Shown: piece after piece, positions 40,699 to 49,056 of the stretch
How the letters are laid out: every line of letters begins with the position of its first letter
Numbering within the stretch: position 1 is the first letter of the stretch
Source of the DNA: Bacteroidaceae bacterium
GTDB lineage: Bacteria; Bacillota; Clostridia; Lachnospirales; Lachnospiraceae
Assembly: GCA_963597615.1 (NCBI GenBank)
Contig: CAVBQS010000040.1
Coordinates: 7,366 to 71,365 of the forward strand
DNA length: 64,000 nt
Direction: 5' to 3'
Position numbers and translations under genes: made by a program
The notes under the pieces: generated by a model
Told to the model about the DNA's origin: nothing
Database searches by the model: none
Seen by the model: the letters and a program-made list of their open reading frames with translations, nothing else

Positions 40699-40739
40699 GG
40701 CTTCGGTAGTGGATATTAGATATATCCACCATCGAAGCC
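40699..40739. terminator. hairpin at the convergent ends of the truA paralog and the SDR gene
   Basis: GGCTTCGGTAGTGGATAT-TAGAT-ATATCCACCATCGAAGCC. The right arm consists of the last codons of the SDR gene (minus strand). Confidence 0.45.
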
Positions 40740-41447
40740 AATTATTTGCCCTGTCATGTAGAAGGGAGTGTGTACCGTATCCCAAATGATCTGGGCAGCC
40801 TCTTCTGGACTGGCAAAGCGGCCAATGGGGATGTCGTAGGCCAGGCTTTCCCTGTCTTCTTTAGATAGCATCTGATTCATGTCAGTGTCGATGACTCCAA
40901 AGGCGATGGCGTTGACCTGAATATTGTTGGGGGCTAGCTCTTTAGCAAGAGCCCTTGTTAAGCCATTTACCCCGGCCTTGCTGGCAGAATAGGCTACTTC
41001 ACAGGAAGCCCCAACCCTGCCCCACATGGAGGATACATTTAAAATTACTCCTTGGCCGGCCCTTAGCATGCCGGGGATTGCCTTTCTGCAGCAATAAAAG
41101 ACAGAGGATAAATTGGTATTAAGAATCCGGTTCCATTCCTGGTCTGTCATATCGTGAAGCAAGCCCATATGGGCTATTCCGGCATTGTTAATGAGAATAT
41201 CTATGTGACGTCCCTCTTTTTTAATCTGGGCGAAGATATTTTCCACATCCAGAGAGGAGCCTACATCCCCTTGCAGAATGAAATACTGGGCGTTTGGAAG
41301 CTCATCTAAAGCCTTGGCAACTTCTTTTATTTTTTCTGTGGATGACTTGTAATTTAGATAAACAAAATAGCCCTCTTTGGCAAATTTTATGGCGCAGGCC
41401 CGGCCGATTCCCCGGGAGGCACCTGTGATTAAAACTGTTTTTTTCAT
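40716..41447 (-). CDS. SDR family oxidoreductase (FabG-like)
   Basis: 243 aa with TGASRGIG, NNAG and the YSASK catalytic motif. Confidence 0.85.
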   Translation of the reverse strand: MKKTVLITGASRGIGRACAIKFAKEGYFVYLNYKSSTEKIKEVAKALDELPNAQYFILQGDVGSSLDVENIFAQIKKEGRHIDILINNAGIAHMGLLHDMTDQEWNRILNTNLSSVFYCCRKAIPGMLRAGQGVILNVSSMWGRVGASCEVAYSASKAGVNGLTRALAKELAPNNIQVNAIAFGVIDTDMNQMLSKEDRESLAYDIPIGRFASPEEAAQIIWDTVHTPFYMTGQIIGFDGGYI

Positions 41448-41503
41448 AAGTAAATCCTTTCATTAAATGATGGGAATAGTAACTTCATTATAACTGTAAA
41501 ACA

Positions 41504-41532
41504 TTGATATTTAAAGTTTGGAATGTTAAGAT
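41504..41532 (+). promoter_or_regulatory. sigmaA-type promoter upstream of the SAH-tetR-trxB genes
   Basis: TTGATA (41504-41509), a 17-nt spacer and TAAGAT (41527-41532) with an upstream TGT. Confidence 0.55.
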
Positions 41533-41600
41533 AATGACAGTAATACAATCAGAAAGTAGAAACCAAAAACCAATAATCAAAATTCAAAAGGAGAACCCCA

Positions 41601-42140
41601 ATGATTGATGAGGCAAGAGAATTTGCAACAAAGGCACATGAGGGTCAGGTACGCAAAGGAACTCGCAGACCCTACATCGTACATCCAATTGAAGTAGCAG
41701 AGATTGTATCAACTATAACCAAAGACAAGGAAGTCATAAGCGCAGCGTTTTTGCATGATACCATTGAAGATTGCAAGGGTGTTACCAAAGATCTTTTGGC
41801 AGAATGTTTTTCGGGAAGAGTGGCAGACCTTGTAGGCCAGGAAAGTGAGGACAAGACCAAGACCTGGCATGAAAGAAAGGCAGCCACCATAGAACATTTA
41901 AAGAAGGCCCCCAGGGAGGTTCGCATTATTGCCCTGGCAGATAAGTTGTCTAATATGCGGGATATCGACAGAGATTATCCTGTGGTGGGGGAGGATTTGT
42001 GGAACCGCTTTCGTATGAAGGATAAGAATATTATTGGTTGGTATTACAAGGGTGTCAGAGATGTCCTTAAGGAGGAATTTGAGGGGATTCCGGCATTTAA
42101 GGAATACTGTGCACTGATTAAAAAATATTTTGGCGATTAA
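41601..42140 (+). CDS. HD-domain (p)ppGpp hydrolase-like protein (small alarmone hydrolase type)
   Basis: 179 aa. AHEGQVRKGTRRPYIVHPIEVA...AAFLHDTIED...ADKLSN matches the RelA/SpoT hydrolase-domain motif order, with no synthetase domain. Confidence 0.8.
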   Translation: MIDEAREFATKAHEGQVRKGTRRPYIVHPIEVAEIVSTITKDKEVISAAFLHDTIEDCKGVTKDLLAECFSGRVADLVGQESEDKTKTWHERKAATIEHLKKAPREVRIIALADKLSNMRDIDRDYPVVGEDLWNRFRMKDKNIIGWYYKGVRDVLKEEFEGIPAFKEYCALIKKYFGD

Positions 42141-42174
42141 AAAATCCAGTCGCTAAAGAGTTTGGAGTAGTTAA

Positions 42175-42762
42175 ATGGGACGTGGAAAAGGAAAGAAAAA
42201 TGCCAAGCAGAAAATTGTAGAAGCTGCCTGGCAGCTGTTTTATGAAAAAGGATTTAGTGGAACTACCGTAGATGATATTATTGAATTATCCGATACTTCC
42301 AAGGGATCCTTTTATTATTACTTTAATACAAAGGATGAGCTTTTAAATACCCTGTCTATTATGTTGGATGACCAGTATGAGGTTCTAGAGACTCAGATGG
42401 ATCCTAAGATGAACAGTTATGAGAAGCTTTTGTATTTAAACCGGGAAATTCACAAGTGGATGGAAGAGAATGTTCATATTGAACTTCTAACTTCTTTGTA
42501 TTCCACTCAGTTGGCGGCCAGTGGGAAAAGTTGCCTTTTAAATCACAATCGGGTATATTTTCGCCTGATTACCAAGATTGTAGATGAGGGGCAACTTAGG
42601 GGCCAGATTAGGCAGGATGCTTCGGTTATGGAGATTGTAAAATACTATGCCATGTGCGAGAGGGCTCTGGTGTCTGACTGGTGTTTAAGTCGTGGAGAGT
42701 TTTCCCTGGCAGATTGTAATACAAAATATATGGCCTATATGATGGAACACTATAGGGCTTAA
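42175..42762 (+). CDS. TetR/AcrR family transcriptional regulator
   Basis: 195 aa with an N-terminal TetR HTH (FYEKGFSGTTVDDIIELSDTSKGSFYYYFNTKDELL). Confidence 0.85.
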   Translation: MGRGKGKKNAKQKIVEAAWQLFYEKGFSGTTVDDIIELSDTSKGSFYYYFNTKDELLNTLSIMLDDQYEVLETQMDPKMNSYEKLLYLNREIHKWMEENVHIELLTSLYSTQLAASGKSCLLNHNRVYFRLITKIVDEGQLRGQIRQDASVMEIVKYYAMCERALVSDWCLSRGEFSLADCNTKYMAYMMEHYRA

Positions 42763-42777
42763 GAGAGGAAAAATAAA

Positions 42778-43677
42778 ATGTATGACATTGGGATTGTAGG
42801 AGGGGGCATTGCCGGAATGACAGCCGCCATCTATGGCCTGCGGGCCGGAAAGAAAGTGTTGCTTTTAGAAGGTACTGGCTTTGGGGGGCAGATGACCTTA
42901 ACTTCCCATATAGAAAATTATCCGGGAATTCAAAAAATTTCAGGAAATGAACTAGCCCAGAATTTAAAAGCCCAAGTGGAAGAATTGGGGGTCGAGATCA
43001 AGCGGGCAAGTGTAAAAGAAATTCTAGTTCAAGATCAAGAAAAAATCATCATAACAGAGCAGGAAGAATTTCCATGCAAGGCCCTGATTCTTGCTACAGG
43101 ACAGACCCACAGAAAATTAGGAGTTCCAGGAGAAGACCAATTTGCAGGCATGGGAGTATCCTACTGTGCAGTCTGCGATGGGGCCTTCTTTAAAGGCATG
43201 AATGTGGCAGTGGTGGGAGGAGGAAGTACCGCCCTAGAAGATGTGGCCTATCTGGCTAACCACTGTAACAAAGTCTATGTAATTCACCGAAGAGATGCCT
43301 TTCGAGGGGAAGACTATCTGGTGCAAAACCTAAAAGAAAAGGAAAATGTAGAGTTCATCCTAAACAGCATAGTAACAGAAATCAAGGGAAGTTTTGCAGT
43401 AGAAGAAATAAAGCTTCGTAATGTTCTTACCAAAGCAGAATCAAACCTTCCAGTAGAAGGAGTCTTCATAGCCATCGGCCAAATCCCCGGAAACGAAAGA
43501 TACGCCGGCCTAGTAGACCTAGATGAAAAAGGATATATAAAAGCAGGAGAAGATTGCAAGACCTCCAGAGAAGGAATCTTTGCAGCAGGAGATTGCAGAA
43601 CAAAAGCCGTAAGACAGCTAGTGACAGCAGCCGCAGATGGAGCCATAGCAGCCCTAGGGGCCACGGAAATATGCTAA
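42778..43677 (+). CDS. trxB: thioredoxin-disulfide reductase
   Basis: 299 aa with GGGIAG FAD site, redox-active CAVCDG, GGGSTA NADPH site and C-terminal AAGD. Confidence 0.9.
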   Translation: MYDIGIVGGGIAGMTAAIYGLRAGKKVLLLEGTGFGGQMTLTSHIENYPGIQKISGNELAQNLKAQVEELGVEIKRASVKEILVQDQEKIIITEQEEFPCKALILATGQTHRKLGVPGEDQFAGMGVSYCAVCDGAFFKGMNVAVVGGGSTALEDVAYLANHCNKVYVIHRRDAFRGEDYLVQNLKEKENVEFILNSIVTEIKGSFAVEEIKLRNVLTKAESNLPVEGVFIAIGQIPGNERYAGLVDLDEKGYIKAGEDCKTSREGIFAAGDCRTKAVRQLVTAAADGAIAALGATEIC

Positions 43678-43699
43678 AAAGCTACACGCTAGCAACGAA

Positions 43700-43727
43700 G
43701 GCGGGCGCTTGTCTGAGCCCGCTTTTT
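43700..43727 (+). terminator. rho-independent terminator after trxB
   Basis: GGCGGGC-N10-GCCCGC followed by TTTTT. Confidence 0.75.
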
Positions 43728-43846
43728 GGGCGAGTTAGCGCAGGAGCCTGAGTGGCTAAGCGCGCGTAGTGAGTAGGAAACGCAGCGTATTTTCGAAGCA
43801 TATATGGCCCTCCTGCGTCCGTGTCCACATCTCAACAGAAGAAGAA
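43728..43846. other. GC-rich structured intergenic segment of unknown function
   Basis: About 120 nt, markedly more GC-rich than its surroundings. Long-range complement CGCAGGAG (43738-43745) / CTCCTGCG (43811-43818), and a local TTAGC/GCTAA pair. Confidence 0.3.
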
Positions 43847-44491
43847 TTAAACTCTGCTCTTCAAAGCACTATCCTTCCCCGTACCAAAATGATCCTTCCG
43901 TAGAATCTCATAGGCTTCCTCATACTTCCCATCCCGCATAAGTTTCACCATTCTTTTGGCATTATCATTGGTTCTTTTAATCTCCATTCCATTACGAACA
44001 GAATATTGGCCGATGCGAATTAGTTCCGATAAATTGTTCTCGTAAATCTTATTAATCCGCTGATTATCTAAGATACTGATGATTTCCATATGCATATCTG
44101 TGTCAGCCAACTCCCAGTCATAATTGTTGTCAGAACAGGCACACATCCGAACAACCTTCTCCTCAATACGGTAGGAGTATTCTTCATTGCGCTCGCAGGT
44201 GAAAATCTGCTTAAAGGCAGCTCCCTCAATCAATTCTCTAAGCTGATAGAGTTCATAAATGTCCCGGTCAGTAATCTCCTTAACGGTTAGGGATTTGTAG
44301 TAATCCGTAACAATCAGGCCGTCATCCTGCAATCTGTGGATGGCAGTGCGGACAGGACTGCGGCTCATACCCAGTTCCTCAGTCAGCATGGCCTCCGTTA
44401 AAGTCATTCCCGGGGGATAAGTCAGATGCAATATATTTTCTTTAATTTTCTCATAAGCCTGGTTGGCAAGAGAAGTAGTTTTTTCAGCCAT
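43847..44491 (-). CDS. GntR family transcriptional regulator (FadR/FCD-type)
   Basis: 214 aa. Winged HTH (LTEAMLTEELGMSRSPVRTAIHRLQDDGLI) plus an all-helical C-terminal domain. Start moved to ATG 44491, 7 nt after GGAG. Confidence 0.85.
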   Translation of the reverse strand: MAEKTTSLANQAYEKIKENILHLTYPPGMTLTEAMLTEELGMSRSPVRTAIHRLQDDGLIVTDYYKSLTVKEITDRDIYELYQLRELIEGAAFKQIFTCERNEEYSYRIEEKVVRMCACSDNNYDWELADTDMHMEIISILDNQRINKIYENNLSELIRIGQYSVRNGMEIKRTNDNAKRMVKLMRDGKYEEAYEILRKDHFGTGKDSALKSRV

Positions 44492-44541
44492 AATACAACT
44501 CCGTTCTATCGGATGCCTGGATACAAGCAGACATCGCATGA

Positions 44542-44551
44542 ATGTATACAA
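44542..44551. promoter_or_regulatory. ATGTATACAA near-palindrome in the GntR gene upstream region
   Basis: Same TGTATACA core as the three boxes at 44645-44693. It lies about 50 nt upstream of the corrected GntR start. Confidence 0.5.
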
Positions 44552-44600
44552 TTATACTATAACTAAATGACGAATACAACAAAAAAACCTCGTTAAAATG

Positions 44601-44629
44601 TTGACATCAAGGACGTCTGGTGTTAGCAT
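44601..44629 (+). promoter_or_regulatory. candidate sigmaA-type promoter facing proC
   Basis: TTGACA (44601-44606), a 17-nt spacer and TAGCAT (44624-44629) preceded by TGT. Confidence 0.5.
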
Positions 44630-44644
44630 GAGGGCATAAGGAAG

Positions 44645-44693
44645 TTGTATACAAATTTTTTGATTGTATACAAATCTGGATACTTGTATACAA
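44645..44693. promoter_or_regulatory. three identical 10-bp palindromes TTGTATACAA (candidate GntR operators)
   Basis: Perfect copies at 44645-44654, 44664-44673 and 44684-44693, with start-to-start spacing of 19 and 20 bp. They fit the T.GT-N3-AC.A pattern of FadR-type GntR sites. Confidence 0.65.
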
Positions 44694-44779
44694 TTATTCG
44701 GAGCCTATTTATTTTTAAATTATTAAAGAAACAGATTGGGAAAATCATACATTTATGTTATTACAAGGGAGGTAGTATT

Positions 44780-45574
44780 ATGAAGTTAGGGTTTATCGGA
44801 ACAGGAAATATGGCATCAGCTATGATGGGTGGTATCATTAACAAGGGTATCGTGAAAGCAGATGAGATTATTGGTGCAGACGTATACGAAGCAGGAAGAG
44901 AAAAAGTAAAAGCACAGTTTGGAATCCACGTAACTGCAGACAACAACGAAGTAGTGGAGAAGGCAGAAGTAGTTATTCTTTCAGTAAAACCACAATTCTA
45001 TGCAGAAGTAATTGCAGGTATTAAAGATAAGGTAAGACCGGATCAGATTATTATTACCATCGCTCCAGGAAAGACCCTTGCATGGCTGGCAGACCAGTTT
45101 GGGGAGAATGTAAAAATCGTACGTACCATGCCAAATACACCGGCAATGGTAGGAGCAGGAATGACAGCAGCTTGCCCGAATAAGAACATGACAAAAGAAG
45201 AGACAGAGTACGTAAAGAGAATCCTTGGAAGCTTTGGAGAAGTAGAGATCGTAGGAGAAGGCCTTATGGACGTAGTAGTATCTGTAAGCTCTAGTTCACC
45301 AGCCTACGTATTCATGTTTATCGAGGCCATGGCAGATGCAGCAGTAGAAGGCGGAATGCCAAGAGCCCAGGCATACAAGTTTGCAGCCCAAGCAGTCATG
45401 GGAAGCGCAAAGATGGTATTAGAGACAGGAAAGCATCCGGGAGAATTAAAAGACATGGTATGCTCACCGGCAGGAACCACCATCGAGGCAGTACGAGAGC
45501 TAGAAGCACACGGCTTCAGAAGCTCCATCATCGAGGCGATGGAGAAGTGTACGGCAGTATCAAAGTCCATGTGA
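44780..45574 (+). CDS. proC: pyrroline-5-carboxylate reductase
   Basis: 264 aa. MKLGFIGTGNMASAMMGG Rossmann start, RTMPNTPAMVGAG, and C-terminal SPAGTTIEA. Start moved to ATG 44780 behind GGGAGG. Confidence 0.9.
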   Translation: MKLGFIGTGNMASAMMGGIINKGIVKADEIIGADVYEAGREKVKAQFGIHVTADNNEVVEKAEVVILSVKPQFYAEVIAGIKDKVRPDQIIITIAPGKTLAWLADQFGENVKIVRTMPNTPAMVGAGMTAACPNKNMTKEETEYVKRILGSFGEVEIVGEGLMDVVVSVSSSSPAYVFMFIEAMADAAVEGGMPRAQAYKFAAQAVMGSAKMVLETGKHPGELKDMVCSPAGTTIEAVRELEAHGFRSSIIEAMEKCTAVSKSM

Positions 45575-45600
45575 TAAAAGAAATATCGTTTTTTGAAAAG

Positions 45601-45638
45601 AAAATTCTCCGGCGAATATGTTTGCCGGAGAATTTTTA
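45601..45638 (+). terminator. rho-independent terminator after proC
   Basis: AAAATTCTCCGGC-N10-GCCGGAGAATTTT plus a T-run. Confidence 0.85.
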
Positions 45639-45733
45639 TGCATCCTGGTATTAAAAAAAACAATCAAACAGACCCTTTACGGAACCTAGCTTTTCCGCTA
45701 AAATGAACTGTATTGTGACCTATGAATTTCCCG

Positions 45734-45875
45734 GGTGTCAGCGAAAGTCTAGTAGAGTACATTGGATTGCACATAATAACCAAAGGAAAAGCAGACCCTT
45801 GGAGCATGTCGAGTCTGCTTTTGCTTTCGGTTATTGTGGGCAATCCTCGCGAACTATACTACACTTTCGTGCACC
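45734..45875. repeat. long imperfect palindrome 'element A' (~142 nt)
   Basis: The left arm GGTGTCAGCGAAAGTCTAGTAGAGTACATTGGATTGCACATAATAACCAAAGGAAAAGCAGAC pairs with the right arm GTCTGCTTTTGCTTTCGGTTATTGTGGGCAATCCTCGCGAACTATACTACACTTTCGTGCACC around a ~17-nt loop. It shares the GGATT...AATAACCAAA / TTGCTTT(C)GGTTATTGTG...AATCC core with the element at 60790-60971. Confidence 0.7.
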
Positions 45876-45907
45876 ATCTAAAAATTAGAGAAAAGAGGTA
45901 AAATAAA

Positions 45908-46426
45908 ATGGCAAACCCAATCGTAACTTTTGAAATGGAAAACGGCGACCTTATCAAAGCTGAATTATATCCGGAGATTGCTCCAAACACTGTCAATAAC
46001 TTTATTTCCCTGATCAATGACAAGTTCTATGATGGACTGATTTTCCACCGCGTCATCAGTGGTTTCATGATCCAGGGCGGATGCCCAGATGGCAACGGAA
46101 TGGGTGGCCCAGGCTATAGCATTCAGGGAGAATTTTCTCACAATGGCATTGCCAATGACTTAGCACACACTGCCGGAGTTTTATCTATGGCAAGAGCTAT
46201 GAACCCAAATTCTGCAGGATCTCAATTCTTCATTATGCACAAGGATGCATCCCATCTTGATGGAGAATATGCAGCCTTTGGAAAAGTCATTGAAGGTATG
46301 GATGTAGTTAATAAGATTGCCACTACCATGACAGATTACAGTGACAGACCTATGGAGCCTCAAAAGATGGCTAAGGTTACAGTAGATACTCAGGGTGTGG
46401 ATTATCCGGCACCAAAGAAGATGTAA
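45908..46426 (+). CDS. ppiB: peptidylprolyl isomerase, cyclophilin type
   Basis: 172 aa with FHRVISGFMIQGG and SAGSQFFI motifs. Confidence 0.9.
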   Translation: MANPIVTFEMENGDLIKAELYPEIAPNTVNNFISLINDKFYDGLIFHRVISGFMIQGGCPDGNGMGGPGYSIQGEFSHNGIANDLAHTAGVLSMARAMNPNSAGSQFFIMHKDASHLDGEYAAFGKVIEGMDVVNKIATTMTDYSDRPMEPQKMAKVTVDTQGVDYPAPKKM

Positions 46427-46534
46427 AAACCAGGGATCATAAGATTAACCTGGCTTATATGACAATTGCAATATGTGCTGCTCCATCTAGGAGTAGCGCA
46501 TATTGTGCGTTAATAGAGAAGGAGTCTATAGAAC

Positions 46535-47386
46535 ATGGGTATGGTTCAGACAGACAAACTGATATATGAATATATGAAAAGAGACGAGGAAGGCCATGTG
46601 ATTGGGGCTTCTAGAGCTATCGATCAGGTGGATATTAATGTGGTGGAAGGGCAATTTGTTGCCATTTTAGGCCACAACGGTTCCGGAAAATCTACTCTGG
46701 CAAAGCATATGAATGCAATCTTAGTTCCCACAGAAGGAACCATGTGGGTAGATGGCCGTGACACCAAAAAGCTGGAGGAACTTTGGAATGTAAGACAGAC
46801 CGCCGGTATGGTATTTCAAAATCCCGACAATCAGATCATTGGAACTGTGGTAGAAGAGGATGTGGGATTTGGACCAGAAAATCTTGGAGTTCCTACAGAG
46901 GATATTTGGACCAGGGTGGAGGAAAGCTTAAAGGCAGTAGGAATGATTGAGTACCGTCACCATTCTCCCAACAAACTTTCCGGAGGGCAGAAACAAAGGG
47001 TGGCCATTGCAGGAGTGGTGGCTATGGAGCCAAAATGTATTGTCCTGGATGAGCCAACTGCCATGCTAGATCCCATGGGACGCAAGGAAGTCCTAAGAAC
47101 CGTACAGGAACTTAGAAAAAAGAAGAATGTAACGGTAATTCTCATTACCCATTACATGGAAGAAGTGGTGGAGGCAGATCAGGTCTATGTTATGGATCAT
47201 GGTCATGTAGTTATGCAGGGGACACCGAGAGAAATTTTCTCCCAGGTAGACACATTGAAAAAGTACCGGCTGGATGTGCCTCAAGCAACCTTGCTGGCAG
47301 ATGAACTCATAAAACGAGGACTTAACATTCCTGCGGGAATTCTTACAAAGGAAGAGTTGGTGGAGGCAATATGTCGATTAAACTAG
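46535..47386 (+). CDS. ecfA1: ECF transporter ATPase component EcfA1
   Basis: Walker [22 protein letters not shown] and Walker B IVLDEPT. First of two tandem ATPase genes followed by ecfT. Confidence 0.88.
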   Translation: MGMVQTDKLIYEYMKRDEEGHVIGASRAIDQVDINVVEGQFVAILGHNGSGKSTLAKHMNAILVPTEGTMWVDGRDTKKLEELWNVRQTAGMVFQNPDNQIIGTVVEEDVGFGPENLGVPTEDIWTRVEESLKAVGMIEYRHHSPNKLSGGQKQRVAIAGVVAMEPKCIVLDEPTAMLDPMGRKEVLRTVQELRKKKNVTVILITHYMEEVVEADQVYVMDHGHVVMQGTPREIFSQVDTLKKYRLDVPQATLLADELIKRGLNIPAGILTKEELVEAICRLN

Positions 47387-48225
47387 AACATTTAAATTAC
47401 ATATACAGTCAGGGAACTGCTTATGAAAAGCATGCCCTGAAAGATATTTGCCTGGAGATTCCCCACGGAGAATTTGTAGGAGTGATTGGCCACACAGGCT
47501 CCGGGAAATCTACCTTGATCCAGCATCTAAATGGCCTGGTAAAGGCTACTAGCGGAGCCCTTTATTATAATGGAGAAAATATTTATTCCGATGGCTATGA
47601 CCTAAAGGCCTTAAGAAATCAGGTGGGACTGGTTTTTCAGTACCCGGAACACCAGCTTTTTGAAATAGATGTTCTTTCTGATGTGTGCTTTGGTCCTAAG
47701 AATCAAGGCTTGTCTGAGGAGGAGTGTAAGAAAAGAGCCCTAGAAGCCCTCCATCTTGTAGGACTTCCGGAGGAGTATTATAAGTCTTCGCCTTTTGAGC
47801 TTTCCGGAGGGCAAAAGCGCCGAGTGGCCATTGCAGGAGTCCTGGCTATGAGACCCAAGGTCTTAGTCTTAGATGAACCTACCGCAGGCTTAGATCCCAA
47901 GGGGCGTGATGAAATCCTTGACCAGATTGCCTATTTACACAAAGAAAGTGACCTTACCGTAATCTTGGTATCCCATAGCATGGAAGATATTGCAAAATAT
48001 GCAGACCGCATCATTGTAATGAACCACGGACAAGTTATGTACAATGACATTCCAAAGAAGGTATTTGCCCATTATAATGAATTGGAGGAAGTAGGGCTTG
48101 CGGCTCCTCAGGTGACTTATATTATGCATGATCTAAAGGAGCGGGACTTAGATGTAAACGCCCAGGCCACCTCCATCGAGGAAGCAGCAGATAGCATTAT
48201 GAATGTACTGGAGAAGAGAAGATGA
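47371..48225 (+). CDS. ecfA2: ECF transporter ATPase component EcfA2
   Basis: Walker [22 protein letters not shown] and LVLDEPT. It overlaps ecfA1 by 16 nt. Confidence 0.88.
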   Translation: MSIKLEHLNYIYSQGTAYEKHALKDICLEIPHGEFVGVIGHTGSGKSTLIQHLNGLVKATSGALYYNGENIYSDGYDLKALRNQVGLVFQYPEHQLFEIDVLSDVCFGPKNQGLSEEECKKRALEALHLVGLPEEYYKSSPFELSGGQKRRVAIAGVLAMRPKVLVLDEPTAGLDPKGRDEILDQIAYLHKESDLTVILVSHSMEDIAKYADRIIVMNHGQVMYNDIPKKVFAHYNELEEVGLAAPQVTYIMHDLKERDLDVNAQATSIEEAADSIMNVLEKRR

Positions 48226-49046
48226 TACGAGATATAACTATTGGACAATATTATCCGGCTAACAGCCCGGTGCATCGCTTGGATCCAAGAGTCAAACTTG
48301 TGTCCACCTTGCTTTATTTAATCTCCCTGTTTTTATTTAAAAGTATTTCGGGATATTTAATTGCAACTGTATTTTTATTTGTAGTAATCAAGATCTCAAG
48401 GGTTCCCTTTTCCTATATCGTAAAGGGTTTAAAACCGGTTGTAATGCTGCTTATGATTACCGTCCTCTTTAATCTGTTTTTAAATAGAGAGGGAGAGACC
48501 CTTTTCCACGCCTGGATTTTTACCATCACAGATGTAGGCCTTACTACGGCGGTATATATGGCCATTCGACTGATTTATTTAATCATCGGATCTTCCCTTA
48601 TGACCTTTACCACCACCCCTAATGAGTTGACAGATGGTATTGAAGCCCTTCTTGGCCCTTTAAACAAGGTCCATGTGCCGGTTCATGAGATTGCTATGAT
48701 GATGTCCATTGCCCTTCGATTTATCCCAATTCTTTTGGAAGAAACTGATAAGATCATGAAGGCCCAGATTGCCAGAGGGGCAGACCTAGAAAGTGGGAAT
48801 CTTATTCAAAAGGCCAAGGCCATGATCCCGATTTTAGTGCCTTTATTTGTATCAGCATTTCGAAGAGCCAATGATCTTGCTATGGCAATGGAAGCTAGAT
48901 GTTATCGTGGCGGAGAGGGTCGAACCAAGATGAAGCCATTAAAATACAAGAGAAAAGATTATAGGGCCTACGCTATTATGATTATTTATGTGATTGTACT
49001 GGTGGTAATCGGAAGAATGTTCCCTCTCCATGTGTGGATTTTCTAA
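48222..49046 (+). CDS. ecfT: ECF transporter transmembrane component EcfT
   Basis: 274 aa, CbiQ/EcfT-like multi-TM protein with the coupling-helix region KIMKAQIARGAD. ATGA overlap with ecfA2. Confidence 0.85.
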   Translation: MIRDITIGQYYPANSPVHRLDPRVKLVSTLLYLISLFLFKSISGYLIATVFLFVVIKISRVPFSYIVKGLKPVVMLLMITVLFNLFLNREGETLFHAWIFTITDVGLTTAVYMAIRLIYLIIGSSLMTFTTTPNELTDGIEALLGPLNKVHVPVHEIAMMMSIALRFIPILLEETDKIMKAQIARGADLESGNLIQKAKAMIPILVPLFVSAFRRANDLAMAMEARCYRGGEGRTKMKPLKYKRKDYRAYAIMIIYVIVLVVIGRMFPLHVWIF

Positions 49047-49056
49047 GGAGTGCTAG

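Noticed and set aside
45734-45875. Interpreting elements A and B as integron attC sites, 6S RNA or SRP RNA
   Set aside because: No integrase or cassette array is present and the RYYYAAC/GTTRRRY ends are not convincing. The arms pair too completely for a 6S central bubble, and the SRP domain-IV motif (GGAAGCAGCC-like) is absent.
45703-45888. 61-aa plus-strand ORF upstream of ppiB
   Set aside because: It spans palindromic element A, has no RBS and an implausible composition. It is better explained as a non-coding palindrome.
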